This document shows positions 20,309 to 30,883 of a DNA stretch of 64,000 nucleotides, piece after piece. The DNA is from an uncultured Sediminibacterium sp. (GTDB lineage: Bacteria > Bacteroidota > Bacteroidia > Chitinophagales > Chitinophagaceae). The DNA lies in contig CAYMQQ010000003.1 in the NCBI GenBank assembly GCA_964392685.1, positions 9,150 through 73,149 of the forward strand, in the 5' to 3' direction. The notes under the pieces were generated by a model that searched no databases, was not told the origin of the DNA, and worked only from the letters and a program-made list of their open reading frames with translations. Each line of letters begins with the position of its first letter. The first letter of the stretch is position 1. The position numbers and the translations under genes are program-made.

Positions 20309-20339
20309 GAATGACCTCACTTGAATCATGAGGTCATTC
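20309..20339. terminator. Hairpin between the precursor genes and the export genes
   Basis: gaatgacctca-N9-tgaggtcattc, an 11-bp stem without a long U-tail. Confidence 0.65.
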
Positions 20340-20348
20340 GCATATTGA

Positions 20349-20546
20349 TTATTTCTTCAAACTTGGTGGTAATGAAGCCTGATACTCTCCGGCAGTTTTT
20401 GCAAACTCGTAAAAGCATCGAAACGTTACACCAACTCTGTAAAATAAATCTCCCCAAAAACCACCACCCTCAATTGTTTCCAGCTCTTTTAAAGACAGTG
20501 ACTGACATTCAAATGAATGTATGCTTGATTGATTATTGGTTTTCAT
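20349..20546 (-). CDS. Double-glycine-leader peptide precursor B
   Basis: Leader ...LSLKELETIEGG (28 aa), then a 37-aa core GFWGDLFYRVGVTFRCFYEFAKTAGEYQASLPPSLKK. Confidence 0.85.
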   Translation of the reverse strand: MKTNNQSSIHSFECQSLSLKELETIEGGGFWGDLFYRVGVTFRCFYEFAKTAGEYQASLPPSLKK

Positions 20547-20572
20547 GATTATTTGTTTTAAAGGTTTAGCAA

Positions 20573-20758
20573 TCATTTATTATCTGCGAAATGCCATCCT
20601 CTGCTGAACTCTCTTTTGATTTCGTCCCAGTTTTTTATGGCATCCATAATAAGACCACTCCATCCGAACTTTTTCAACCAAGATGGAATCGCTCCCCCTT
20701 CAATACTGACCAGCTCCTGATCAGATAGGGGTTCCAGTTTTAATGTTTGATGGTTCAT
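20573..20758 (-). CDS. Double-glycine-leader peptide precursor A
   Basis: Leader ...LSDQELVSIEGG (22 aa), then a 39-aa Trp-rich core AIPSWLKKFGWSGLIMDAIKNWDEIKREFSRGWHFADNK. Confidence 0.88.
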   Translation of the reverse strand: MNHQTLKLEPLSDQELVSIEGGAIPSWLKKFGWSGLIMDAIKNWDEIKREFSRGWHFADNK

Positions 20759-20903
20759 AAAAACAGTTTTAGTTTTTTAATGTCGCTTCTTCTGTACCTG
20801 CGCAGGATACAAGGCTTACCGACAATACTCCCATTCATGGCCCATGAATCTGATGCTAAACTAATATCGTTCAATACGAGCCCTGCGGAGTATTAAAAAA
20901 ACT

Positions 20904-21137
20904 TTATCGCGCAATAAAGCCAATCACAAAATCTCCCTCCTCTTCATAGTAATAAGTCTGCTTAAATTTATTGTACTGAATAGGTGCTCCCATCATTCTC
21001 ATCATTGAGAGATAGGTGAATAGGGTTGTAAGCGAACAATCAAGTTTTACAGCCATTTCAGCAGGCTTACCTGTATTTTTTTTCACAATCAACTGATTGA
21101 TCTTTTTGATTTGTTCAATAGCAATTCGAGTCGACAT
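20904..21137 (-). CDS. Small HTH DNA-binding protein
   Basis: TGKPAEMAVKLDCSLTTLFTYL..M..MGAPIQY...YYY, a common small Bacteroidota wHTH pattern. Confidence 0.8.
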   Translation of the reverse strand: MSTRIAIEQIKKINQLIVKKNTGKPAEMAVKLDCSLTTLFTYLSMMRMMGAPIQYNKFKQTYYYEEEGDFVIGFIAR

Positions 21138-21260
21138 AGTGTAATATTTAGAATGCCAAAATAGACTGCTTTCTCTTTCACAAAAACCGTAAAAACACCT
21201 GATTTTTATGTTAAAACTTCGTCGTAGAAATACCTATATTTTTATCCTGTAACTTTACTT

Positions 21261-23582
21261 ATGACGATGAAACATCGCTTATATACTTGTAGAATAGCGA
21301 TATGGCTGATGGGCTATTTGCTCATGAGTCATACCATCACTGCGCAAATACCTCCTATTGGACAATGGCGTGAACACCTGAACTACCAGCAAACCATTCA
21401 GGTAGTCAAAGGATCTCAATTGTATTGCGCTACCAACAAAGCATTATTTTCTATTGATGATAACAATGAACTCACCCGCTATTCAAAAGTTACCGGACTA
21501 AACGATATCGGTATTCGTTGTATAGGATGGGATGCCGGTACCAATCAACTGGTAATTGCCTATAACAACAGCAATCTCGATCTACTCAAAGGCAGCATTG
21601 TTCATAATATGCGTGATATTGCCAATAGCACCATTGCCGGTGATAAATCGATCCAACAGATTTTTTGTCATAATGGTCTGGCTTATTTGGCGAGCGGACT
21701 TGGTATCATTGTTACTGATCTCAACCGAAGAGAAATCAGAGACACTTGGATCATTGGTAATAATGGTAACCAGGTAAAAGTGAATGGATTCACTCTACAT
21801 AATAATTTCTTTTACGCAGCTACGGAAGAGGGACTCAAAACGGTAAGCACTACTGTCAATAATCCTGCTAATTTCAGCAACTGGACTTTGGTAAGCGGCA
21901 CGAATCAACTTCCATCAGGCAGTATTAAAAATGTAATTGTTGCCAATAACAATTTGATTGTTCAAAAAGGAGATTCTTTGTTCATTCAAAACGGAATCAA
22001 CTGGCAGCTCTTATACCATGATAGTAATTGGCCCATTGTTTCCATCACTGCTGCGAATAACCAATTAACGGTTTGCCAACGTACAAGCTCAGGAGCTGCT
22101 CGGGTTTTGTTATTAAATACCAATGGAAACATCGCTAGAACCATCGGTGCCAGTGGTATCATCTCATTCCCTTTATCTGCTATTGTAGACAACGGACAGA
22201 TCTGGGTAGCCGATCGTTTTGGTGGTTTATCAAGAACCAATAATACCACAGATCGATTCATCCCCAACGGACCTCCCGGTGTTGCCATCGGTGAATTGGC
22301 TTCGGATGGTAAGAGCACAGTGGCAACCGCTGGCAGTGTGAATGATGCTTGGAACTATTTATTTAATAGAGATGGGTTTTATGTATTGAAAGACAATATA
22401 TGGAGTTCTAGAAGTTTTTTCAATACACCTATACTGGACTCTGTTTTAGATTTTATCACAGTAGCCATCGATCCACGTGATCAAGCCATTTGGGCCGGGA
22501 GCTATGGTGGTGGATTGGTTCGCTTTGCCAATGATCAGTTCAATATTTTTAAACAATACAACAGTAGTTTAAGAGCTGCTATTGGTGATCCGGGCAGTAC
22601 ACGAGTGAGTGGATTGGTATTCGATAGCAAACAACAACTCTGGGTAGCCAATTATGGCGCTCCACAAAATCTCAGCGTACGCAAACGAGATAATAATTGG
22701 AGGTCTTTCTCCATTCCTTTTACACACAGCGAAAATGCCATCGCTCAATTGATTACGGATGATCTTGATCAGATTTGGGCAATCAGTCCGAAAGGCAATG
22801 GCTTATTTTGTTTCAATCCCGGAACCGATATTGATAATCTGGCTGATGACAGATGGAAGTATTACAGACAAGGAAACGGTAATGGCAACTTACCTTCTTC
22901 CAATGTATTTAGTATTGTAAAAGACAAAGATGGCGCCATATGGGTGGGAACAGATAGAGGTATTGGCATCATTCGTTGCCCGGAACTCACATTTTCTGCT
23001 GCAGGATGTGAAGCCATTCAACCCATTGTTCAGCAAGATCGTTTTGCCGGATTACTGTTTCGTGATGAAGTAGTACAATGCATGACAGTGGATGGTGCCA
23101 ATAGAAAATGGGTGGGTACACGCAATGGTTTGTGGTTGCTTTCTTCCAATGGAGAAAAAATAGTGTATCGATTTACTGCAGAGAACAGTCCACTATTCAG
23201 TAACGATGTTCGAAAATTAACCATCGATCCTATTACCGGCGAACTTTTTATTGCCACATCGGAAGGCCTTTGCAGTTTCAGAAGTACGGCTACTACCCCT
23301 GCTGAAACACAAAATAAAGTATTGGTATTCCCCAATCCGGTTCCTCCCGGTTTCAATGGTACGATTGCTATTCGAGGATTGGTAGATAAGGCGCTGGTAA
23401 AGATTACAGAACTGAATGGCAGACTGGTTTATCAAACCCGTTCCTTGGGCGGACAAGCCGTTTGGGATGGAAGAAATTATCTCGGGGCTAAAGTAGCCAG
23501 CGGCATGTATTTGGTATTGGTAAGAGATGATTCAGGAGAAGAACGGATTGCCACTAAGATTGTGATTACAGCAAACAGGTAA
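21261..23582 (+). CDS. porZ: T9SS component PorZ (beta-propellers + CTD)
   Basis: IGQWREHL N-terminus; VDGANRKWVGT repeats; VFPNPV...WDGRN..G.KVASGMYLV T9SS CTD. Confidence 0.88.
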   Translation: MTMKHRLYTCRIAIWLMGYLLMSHTITAQIPPIGQWREHLNYQQTIQVVKGSQLYCATNKALFSIDDNNELTRYSKVTGLNDIGIRCIGWDAGTNQLVIAYNNSNLDLLKGSIVHNMRDIANSTIAGDKSIQQIFCHNGLAYLASGLGIIVTDLNRREIRDTWIIGNNGNQVKVNGFTLHNNFFYAATEEGLKTVSTTVNNPANFSNWTLVSGTNQLPSGSIKNVIVANNNLIVQKGDSLFIQNGINWQLLYHDSNWPIVSITAANNQLTVCQRTSSGAARVLLLNTNGNIARTIGASGIISFPLSAIVDNGQIWVADRFGGLSRTNNTTDRFIPNGPPGVAIGELASDGKSTVATAGSVNDAWNYLFNRDGFYVLKDNIWSSRSFFNTPILDSVLDFITVAIDPRDQAIWAGSYGGGLVRFANDQFNIFKQYNSSLRAAIGDPGSTRVSGLVFDSKQQLWVANYGAPQNLSVRKRDNNWRSFSIPFTHSENAIAQLITDDLDQIWAISPKGNGLFCFNPGTDIDNLADDRWKYYRQGNGNGNLPSSNVFSIVKDKDGAIWVGTDRGIGIIRCPELTFSAAGCEAIQPIVQQDRFAGLLFRDEVVQCMTVDGANRKWVGTRNGLWLLSSNGEKIVYRFTAENSPLFSNDVRKLTIDPITGELFIATSEGLCSFRSTATTPAETQNKVLVFPNPVPPGFNGTIAIRGLVDKALVKITELNGRLVYQTRSLGGQAVWDGRNYLGAKVASGMYLVLVRDDSGEERIATKIVITANR

Positions 23583-23586
23583 AAGA

Positions 23587-24177
23587 TTACTGCTTCACAT
23601 AATCATAGGTACGCGCTACTTGAAATTTGGATCCGCCCTTTTCACCCGGCACAACACGATACATAACCTGACGCATTTTCCCGGTAGGTTGAGCACCTAA
23701 ACTATCGGCTGTAAAAAGAGGAAATCTTCTGGTAACTACACCTTCCATTACTCTGAATTCATCAAACCCACGATAACCATCTCTTAATTTAGGATCATCG
23801 ACTATATCAGGAAAACCAATAGGAACAACACTATTGTTGGCTTCAGAGCTGATGCAGATAAGATTCCCCTTGTTCAGCGTATCTCCATGATAGATATATA
23901 ATAGTAAGTCAGGAAAATTATCTCGATTTACATCATCCACTTCTGCACGTAGAATACGCCCTTTGATTTCAAAACTGAAATCACGTACAGCGTTATCAAA
24001 CCCTATTGGTGAAATATTAATAGAATTCTTTTCAGGATTACGATTGGTACAGGTTACTCTATATCCCACCTTACCAATTTTCATGGAACTATCATATCGT
24101 CTGGCAGGAACTTGCGCTGTTGCACTGATATGCATGCAAAATAAACAACAGAACACAAGAAAGAATGAATACTTCAT
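23587..24177 (-). CDS. Secreted protein, PliI (lysozyme inhibitor)-like
   Basis: Signal peptide; AEVDDVNRDNFPDL, GYRGFDEF, RRFP and PTGKMRQ motifs recalled from this family. Confidence 0.6.
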   Translation of the reverse strand: MKYSFFLVFCCLFCMHISATAQVPARRYDSSMKIGKVGYRVTCTNRNPEKNSINISPIGFDNAVRDFSFEIKGRILRAEVDDVNRDNFPDLLLYIYHGDTLNKGNLICISSEANNSVVPIGFPDIVDDPKLRDGYRGFDEFRVMEGVVTRRFPLFTADSLGAQPTGKMRQVMYRVVPGEKGGSKFQVARTYDYVKQ

Positions 24178-24220
24178 ACCCATAAATTTATAGTAGATTT
24201 TACAGAAATCAACATGCTTC

Positions 24221-27200
24221 TTACATATTCCTTCTGTATTGTCCACCTACTTCATACAATGCATGTGTGATCTGACCCAGAGAACAATATTTTACCGTTT
24301 CCATTAATGCTTCAAACAAGTTACCATTATTAATGGCGATTTGTTTCAATTGTGCTAACGCTGCTACCGACTTCCCATCATTTCTTTTCCAAAAAGCATG
24401 CAGGTTTTGGATCTGCTGTTCTTTTTCTTCTGTGGTAGAACGAATCACTTCACCCGGTAATACCGTAGGGCTGCCTTTTTTATTCAGGAAGGTATTGACA
24501 CCAATCAATGGCAACTCACCTGTATGTTTCAGCGTTTCATAATGCAAACTTTCTTCCTGGATCTTATTACGCTGATACATTCTTTCCATCGCACCCAAAA
24601 CACCACCACGTTCACTGATGCGTTCAAACTCTATCAATACCGCTTCTTCCACCAGATCTGTTAGTTCTTCGATCGCAAAACTTCCTTGTATGAAATTCTC
24701 TGTTTTTGCACTGCCCAATTCACGATTAATGATGAGCTGAATAGCCATGGCTCTTCTTACACTTTCTTCAGTGGGTGTAGTAATGGCTTCATCGTAAGCA
24801 TTGGTATGAAGACTGTTACAATTATCATAGATCGCATACAATGCTTGTAGAGTAGTTCTGATATCATTGAAGTCTATTTCCTGTGCATGTAAACTTCTTC
24901 CGCTTGTTTGGATATGATACTTCAATTTTTGTGAACGATCATTGCCCTTGTATTTATTCTTCATGGCTTTTGCCCAAATACGTCTGGCGACACGACCAAT
25001 CACACTGTATTCAGGATCCATACCGTTGCTGAAGAAGAAAGATAAGTTCGGTGCGAAATCATCAATATGCATCCCGCGACTCAGGTAGTATTCAACATAA
25101 GTAAATCCATTCGCTAATGTGAATGCCAGTTGTGTTATGGGGTTAGCACCTGCTTCTGCAATATGGTAACCACTGATACTGACACTGTAAAAATTTCTTA
25201 CTTTCTGATCAATGAAATAGGCCTGCACATCACCCATCAATTTCAATGCAAACTCTGTAGAGAAGATACAGGTATTTTGTGCCTGATCTTCTTTTAAAAT
25301 ATCTGCCTGCACGGTTCCGCGAACTTGTGATAATGCTTCTGCTTTAATTTTTGCATACACATCTGCAGGTAATACTTCATCGCCACTTAATCCCAGTAAA
25401 CGAAGACCCAAACCATTATTTCCTTCCGGTAAACGTTCCGGTGAAGATGGATTATAGTAAACCGGCTTGGCAACCTGTTTATATTTTTCAGTAAAGACAG
25501 TATCTACCTGAGCCCACAAACCATTTTCTTCGATATATTTCTCACACAGCTGATCAATTGCTGCATTCATAAAAAATGCCAATAAAATCGGGGCCGGACC
25601 ATTGATGGTCATACTTACCGATGTTTTGGGATCACAAAGATCAAAGCCACTGTATAATTTTTTAGCATCATCCACGGTTGCAATACTCACACCACTATTA
25701 CCAATCTTACCATAAATATCCGGACGAACAGCAGGATCTTCGCCATATAAAGTCACACTATCAAATGCGGTTGATAAGCGAATGGCCGGTTGTCCGAGTG
25801 ATACATAATGAAAACGTTTATTGGTTCTTTCCGGACCACCTTCTCCTGCAAACATGCGCGTTGGATCTTCACCTTGTCTTTTCAACTCAAATACACCTGC
25901 TGTATAGGGGAAGGTTCCGGGCACATTCTCTTGTAACTGCCAGCGCAAAATATCACCCCAATCTTTGTATTTGGGTAATACTACTTTGGGTATTCGCGTA
26001 TTACTCAGTGAGTTGGTTGTTAATGGCTGACGAATAATTTTATCCCTCACTTTGTATTCAAAAAAATCAGCCGCATATTGTTGTATCAATGTCGGCCATT
26101 GCTCAATCAGTTGCCGGCATTCAGGATGTAATTTCTTTTCGAAAGATTTTTTTACTTCCTGCAATCCTGCTGCCACTTCTCCACTCACTGTTTCCAGTGC
26201 ACCTTGAATTTGGTAAAGTTTGCTGGCAATCGTCACCTGTTCATTCACCCACTGATCATAACCACGGTTATTCTCTGCAATCTCAGCCAAATAACGAACA
26301 CGCTTTGGTGGAATGATCTGAGATTTGGTAGTAGTCTCTTTTGTATGCCCTTCTTTCGAAAAATTACCAAATGAAGTTTTTGTTTTTTTCTCAATGGTCA
26401 GCATCAACTTTTCAAACAACTCATTCACGCCGGCATCATTGAATTGTGCAGCGATGGTTCCTACAACGGGAAGATCTTCATCTTTTGCTGTCCATAAATT
26501 GTGGTTGCGCTTGTATTGTTTACGTACATCATGCAAAGCATCCAATGCACCTGCTTTATCAAACTTATTGATACATACCACATCAGCATAATCCAACATA
26601 TTGATCTTCTCTAACTGAGAAGCTGCACCATATTCAGGTGTCATCACATACAAACTCACATCACAGAAATCAAGAATTGATGCATCGCTTTGTCCAACAC
26701 CGGCTGATTCCAGAATGATGAAATCAAAGCCCGCATTTTTACAGATATCAATCGCATCTTGTACATGTGCACTCAATGCAGTATTATCATCACGTGTAGC
26801 CAAACTGCGCATATACGCTCTGGGGTGAGAGATGGCATTCATGCGAATTCTATCTCCCAATAAAGCTCCACCTGTTTTTTTCTTGGAGGGGTCTACGGAT
26901 ATTACAGCAATTGTTTTGTCGTCAAACAACTGCAGGTATCTTCTTACAATTTCATCAGTCACAGAACTTTTTCCTGCACCGCCTGTTCCTGTGATACCTA
27001 ATACCGGTACCGCTGTATTTGCTTCTTCTTTATTGGCTCCAACACCGTTTTCTGCATTAGTAATTTTACGTGCAATGGTTCTGATATCTTTCACCTCACC
27101 CAATGTCATTGGCTTCTGATACAGCCCTGTTCCATTCAAATTAAAATCACACTGACGAATCACATCTTCAATCATGCCTTCTAATCCCATTTTCCTTCCG

Positions 27201-27565
27201 TCATCCGGACTATAAATTCTTGTGATACCATAATTGTGCAGTTCACGGATTTCTTCGGGGAGAATGGTTCCACCACCACCACCAAATATTTTGATATGAC
27301 CACAGCCATTTTGCTCCAACAAATCACGCATGTATTTAAAGAACTCTACATGCCCGCCCTGATAACTGGTAATGGCAATACCTTGTGCATCTTCTTCAAT
27401 GGCACACTCCACTATTTCAGCAACACTTCTGTTATGTCCAAGATGAATGATCTCCGCTCCTTTTGACTGAAGAATGCGACGCATGATATTAATGGCAGCA
27501 TCATGTCCGTCAAATAAACTGGCAGCGGTAACAATTCTGATTTTATGCTGGGGTTGATACGACAT
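24221..27565 (-). CDS. icmF: Fused isobutyryl-CoA mutase/GTPase
   Basis: N-terminal B12-binding FDGHDAAIN, MeaB GTPase GTGGAGKS, C-terminal mutase barrel. Confidence 0.93.
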   Translation of the reverse strand: MSYQPQHKIRIVTAASLFDGHDAAINIMRRILQSKGAEIIHLGHNRSVAEIVECAIEEDAQGIAITSYQGGHVEFFKYMRDLLEQNGCGHIKIFGGGGGTILPEEIRELHNYGITRIYSPDDGRKMGLEGMIEDVIRQCDFNLNGTGLYQKPMTLGEVKDIRTIARKITNAENGVGANKEEANTAVPVLGITGTGGAGKSSVTDEIVRRYLQLFDDKTIAVISVDPSKKKTGGALLGDRIRMNAISHPRAYMRSLATRDDNTALSAHVQDAIDICKNAGFDFIILESAGVGQSDASILDFCDVSLYVMTPEYGAASQLEKINMLDYADVVCINKFDKAGALDALHDVRKQYKRNHNLWTAKDEDLPVVGTIAAQFNDAGVNELFEKLMLTIEKKTKTSFGNFSKEGHTKETTTKSQIIPPKRVRYLAEIAENNRGYDQWVNEQVTIASKLYQIQGALETVSGEVAAGLQEVKKSFEKKLHPECRQLIEQWPTLIQQYAADFFEYKVRDKIIRQPLTTNSLSNTRIPKVVLPKYKDWGDILRWQLQENVPGTFPYTAGVFELKRQGEDPTRMFAGEGGPERTNKRFHYVSLGQPAIRLSTAFDSVTLYGEDPAVRPDIYGKIGNSGVSIATVDDAKKLYSGFDLCDPKTSVSMTINGPAPILLAFFMNAAIDQLCEKYIEENGLWAQVDTVFTEKYKQVAKPVYYNPSSPERLPEGNNGLGLRLLGLSGDEVLPADVYAKIKAEALSQVRGTVQADILKEDQAQNTCIFSTEFALKLMGDVQAYFIDQKVRNFYSVSISGYHIAEAGANPITQLAFTLANGFTYVEYYLSRGMHIDDFAPNLSFFFSNGMDPEYSVIGRVARRIWAKAMKNKYKGNDRSQKLKYHIQTSGRSLHAQEIDFNDIRTTLQALYAIYDNCNSLHTNAYDEAITTPTEESVRRAMAIQLIINRELGSAKTENFIQGSFAIEELTDLVEEAVLIEFERISERGGVLGAMERMYQRNKIQEESLHYETLKHTGELPLIGVNTFLNKKGSPTVLPGEVIRSTTEEKEQQIQNLHAFWKRNDGKSVAALAQLKQIAINNGNLFEALMETVKYCSLGQITHALYEVGGQYRRNM

Positions 27566-27661
27566 ATCCTTACTTTTCACTGAGGTGCAAATTTAGCAGT
27601 TTTATGCCGAATGGTTAACAATCGTTAGCTTTTTGAGAAGTATGTTTACATAAATTACTGT

Positions 27662-28603
27662 ATGTCATTTTCCATTCAAACAGCAGGAGAAGGAAGTCGT
27701 CTGATCATCCGCTTATCAGATACCACAACGGGTACCGTCGCCGAAATTTTTGCATTTGGTGGCTTATTGAATGCTTTTGTGGTACAAACAGCTCTAGGAT
27801 CTTTGAATGTGATTGATGGGTTTACCGATCCCGACCATGCAATGGCTCATATTACCGAGGGATTTAAAAGTGCGAAAATGAGTCCCTTTGCTTGCAGACT
27901 TCTAAACGGTCACTATCAATTTGATGACCGTTCATATACCATGGATAGTTTTTATTTGGGCAATCATGCCTTACATGGTATCCTCTATAATGCGGTATAT
28001 ACGATCAAGGATTTGGTTGCCGATGAAAAGGCAGCCAGTGTTGAACTGGAACATCAATACACAGGATATTTTTCAGGATATCCGTTTAAATACACCCTTC
28101 ATGTAAAGTGGGAGCTTACATCTGCCAATAGTTTAACAGTTACTACCACTGCCGTTAATCATAGCGAGAAAGCCATTCCCTTTAGCGATGGATGGCATCC
28201 TTATTTTACTACCGGTGAATCTGTTGATACATGTGAACTGAAATTTAATACCAGCCGAAAAATGGTGTTTGATCCTGAATTGATTCCTACCGGTGAAGAA
28301 GAAACAGATGATCGTTTTATCGCGGGTCATTCTTTACAGGATATTTTCCTAGATAACTCCTTTATACTCCCAACAACAGAAGAAGGATATTGTGAGCTAA
28401 AAAATAAACAGGTAAGAATAGTGATCAAACCATTGATCAACTATCCCTACCTGCAAGTATATACACCCCCGCATCGGAAAAGTGTGGCCATTGAAAATCT
28501 CAGTGCTGCTCCGAATGCTTTTAATAATGGACTGGGGTTATTGCATCTGTTGCCCAATGAACCGGTTTCCTTTGCAACTAGTTATCGGATAGACGTATTA
28601 TAG
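27662..28603 (+). CDS. Aldose 1-epimerase family protein
   Basis: HALHG, GWHPYF, LDNSF and VAIEN motifs. Confidence 0.88.
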   Translation: MSFSIQTAGEGSRLIIRLSDTTTGTVAEIFAFGGLLNAFVVQTALGSLNVIDGFTDPDHAMAHITEGFKSAKMSPFACRLLNGHYQFDDRSYTMDSFYLGNHALHGILYNAVYTIKDLVADEKAASVELEHQYTGYFSGYPFKYTLHVKWELTSANSLTVTTTAVNHSEKAIPFSDGWHPYFTTGESVDTCELKFNTSRKMVFDPELIPTGEEETDDRFIAGHSLQDIFLDNSFILPTTEEGYCELKNKQVRIVIKPLINYPYLQVYTPPHRKSVAIENLSAAPNAFNNGLGLLHLLPNEPVSFATSYRIDVL

Positions 28604-28984
28604 ATCCACAACGGCAATCATACTGATCTCCACATTCACACCACGTGGTAATTGTTTTACTGCCACTGTTTCGCGTGCGGGATAATCGCCTTTAAAATAA
28701 GAGCCATACACTTCATTCACTTGTGCAAAATGTGCCATATCACTCAGGAAAATACTGGTCTTTACAACATGCTCAAAAGTGATATGTGCTTCTTCCATCA
28801 CTGCTGCCAGATTTTTCATCACCTGATGGGTTTCTGTTTGCAGATCACCGATTCGCAACTCACCCGATGCAGGATCAAAGGCAACCTGACCACTCAAAAA
28901 CACCATACCATTGGCTTTTACTGCCTGACTGTAAGGGCCGATTGGCGATGGCGCCTTATCGGTTTTAATGATTTGTTTGGACAT
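28598..28984 (-). CDS. ridA: RidA family enamine/imine deaminase
   Basis: PIGPYSQA, LSGQ and YPARETVAVKQLP..VEI motifs. Confidence 0.9.
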   Translation of the reverse strand: MSKQIIKTDKAPSPIGPYSQAVKANGMVFLSGQVAFDPASGELRIGDLQTETHQVMKNLAAVMEEAHITFEHVVKTSIFLSDMAHFAQVNEVYGSYFKGDYPARETVAVKQLPRGVNVEISMIAVVDL

Positions 28985-29049
28985 AATAACTTCTTTAGTG
29001 ATTGGCAAATTGCTGCATTTCTATCAACCTGCCAACCTAAATTTGCAGG

Positions 29050-29673
29050 ATGCGAATAGTGTTGAATGCCAATCCACAACAGACTGCTGTTTTTCTCTCC
29101 CGAACAATTCCGGATACGGTGACTATTTACCGTAAAGGGATCGAGCCATTACCTGATGAAGCAGATGCGTGGTTCGATCTGTGTTTTGAAACCGAAGGTG
29201 CTGCCTTTCCTGAGATTAAGACAGCGCCGGTTTTTGTGAACGCTGTATTGACCACCACTGATACATTGGCTGACAATTATATCCGCATCAATGCCTGGAA
29301 TAGTTTCTTGGAACGTACCATTCTGGAAGTGGTTCCTCCAAAGAATAAAATGTCCTTTGAACAAATATTGGCAACACTTGGATGGAATTATCAAATTGTT
29401 CCCGATGTCCCCGGTATGATTGCAGCCAGCGTCATTGCTATGATCATCAATGAAGCCTATTTTGCGTGGGGGGATGAAGTAAGTACCAAACAGGACATTG
29501 ACACGGCGATGAAATTAGGTACAAACTATCCTCATGGACCATTTGAATGGTGCGATATCATTGGTGTACAGCCCATTTATCATTTGTTACAAGAACTGGC
29601 AAAAGCAGATGATAGGTATACACCGGCACCCGCTTTAACAGCAGAAGCATTATCCAAAACAAATACACCATGA
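29050..29673 (+). CDS. 3-hydroxyacyl-CoA dehydrogenase C-terminal domain protein
   Basis: D.PG.I...VIAMIINEA and DIDTAMKLGTNYPHGPFEW motifs; no GxGxxG. Confidence 0.85.
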   Translation: MRIVLNANPQQTAVFLSRTIPDTVTIYRKGIEPLPDEADAWFDLCFETEGAAFPEIKTAPVFVNAVLTTTDTLADNYIRINAWNSFLERTILEVVPPKNKMSFEQILATLGWNYQIVPDVPGMIAASVIAMIINEAYFAWGDEVSTKQDIDTAMKLGTNYPHGPFEWCDIIGVQPIYHLLQELAKADDRYTPAPALTAEALSKTNTP

Positions 29674-30356
29674 GTTATTTTCTCAACATTGATACAGCCA
29701 CAGAACAGGCCAGTGTTTGTTTGAGTGAAGACGATCGTGTATTGGAGATGCAGATCAGTACCGATCAAAAAAATCATGCTTCTTTTTTACAACCTGCAAT
29801 TCAAACCCTACTCAAAAAAACCGGTTTACAGCTCACACAAATAGATGCCGTAGCCGTTACCGGCGGACCAGGCAGTTATACAGGCTTGAGGGTAGGTTTG
29901 GCGAGTGCAAAGGGTATTTGTTATACACTGAATAAACCTTTGATCATCATCAATACTTTGGAAGTAATGGCTACAGCTGCCAAAGAAGGAGAAAAACAGA
30001 CAGAAGAATGCCTGATTTGTCCAATGATCGATGCCAGGAGGATGGAAGTCTTTACCGCGGTATATGATCAGTCACTTCAGGTAATCATAGAGCCACAACC
30101 CATGATACTTGATCAGCACTCCTTTTCCGAACTCCTCGAAAAGCAGTCAATTTTGTTCTTTGGAAGCGGCGCTGAAAAATTAAAGGGAATTTTAAGCCAC
30201 CCTAAAATGCGATTTAAAACCGGTCATCAGCATGCCGGACATTTGGCGCAGCGGGTGTTAAAACCCTTTGCTGATCAAGCCTTTGCAGATCTAGCCTATA
30301 GCGAACCGCTTTATTTAAAAGCTTTTTTTGATACTTCCGGTAAAGCAAAAACCTAG
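29670..30356 (+). CDS. tsaB: tRNA t6A37 biosynthesis protein TsaB
   Basis: IDTAT, GPGSYTGLRVG and PMIDARRMEV motifs. Confidence 0.95.
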   Translation: MSYFLNIDTATEQASVCLSEDDRVLEMQISTDQKNHASFLQPAIQTLLKKTGLQLTQIDAVAVTGGPGSYTGLRVGLASAKGICYTLNKPLIIINTLEVMATAAKEGEKQTEECLICPMIDARRMEVFTAVYDQSLQVIIEPQPMILDQHSFSELLEKQSILFFGSGAEKLKGILSHPKMRFKTGHQHAGHLAQRVLKPFADQAFADLAYSEPLYLKAFFDTSGKAKT

Positions 30357-30461
30357 TACTGCACTGGCTTGTATATAAATTTTATACAATAAATCAATAA
30401 AGATTTTCGTATCTTTATCTACACAATTTTAGTTTGTTAACCCCCCATCAACTTAATTGTC

Positions 30462-30797
30462 ATGAGTCAATCATTACAATCCGTTGTACTAAACAATGGC
30501 AAATCCCCGATCAAGGTAGATTTTCTTCATACCAAGAAAGCTGCTCTGATACTCAGATCAATCAATCACAAACTCCGACAGCAAATCATCAAATTACTTG
30601 ACGATCATCAAAAAATGACGGTTACAGAAATTTATGTAAAACTTCGCCTGGAGCAGTCTGTAGCCTCTCAACACCTTGCTATTCTCCGCAGAGCAGGTAT
30701 TGTAAGTACTACACGTGATGGTAAATTCATCTTCTACTCCGTTAACTATGCACGCTTGAATGAAGTGGTTGGTTTTGTAGAATCACTCGTCGGCTGA
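30462..30797 (+). CDS. ArsR/SmtB family transcriptional regulator
   Basis: LEQSVASQHLAILRRAGIV...RDGKFIFYS. Confidence 0.92.
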   Translation: MSQSLQSVVLNNGKSPIKVDFLHTKKAALILRSINHKLRQQIIKLLDDHQKMTVTEIYVKLRLEQSVASQHLAILRRAGIVSTTRDGKFIFYSVNYARLNEVVGFVESLVG

Positions 30798-30883
30798 TAT
30801 TTTAACTGACAGAATGCCTTTTTTAGCCGTGATCTGCTTTTCTGGCTTGATCATTGGACTATCTTTGTCTTAAACTCAGGAAT

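Noticed and set aside
16495..21137. Lanthipeptide or other modified RiPP cluster
   Set aside because: No LanB/C/M, radical SAM or YcaO gene is nearby, and the cores have 0 and 1 Cys.
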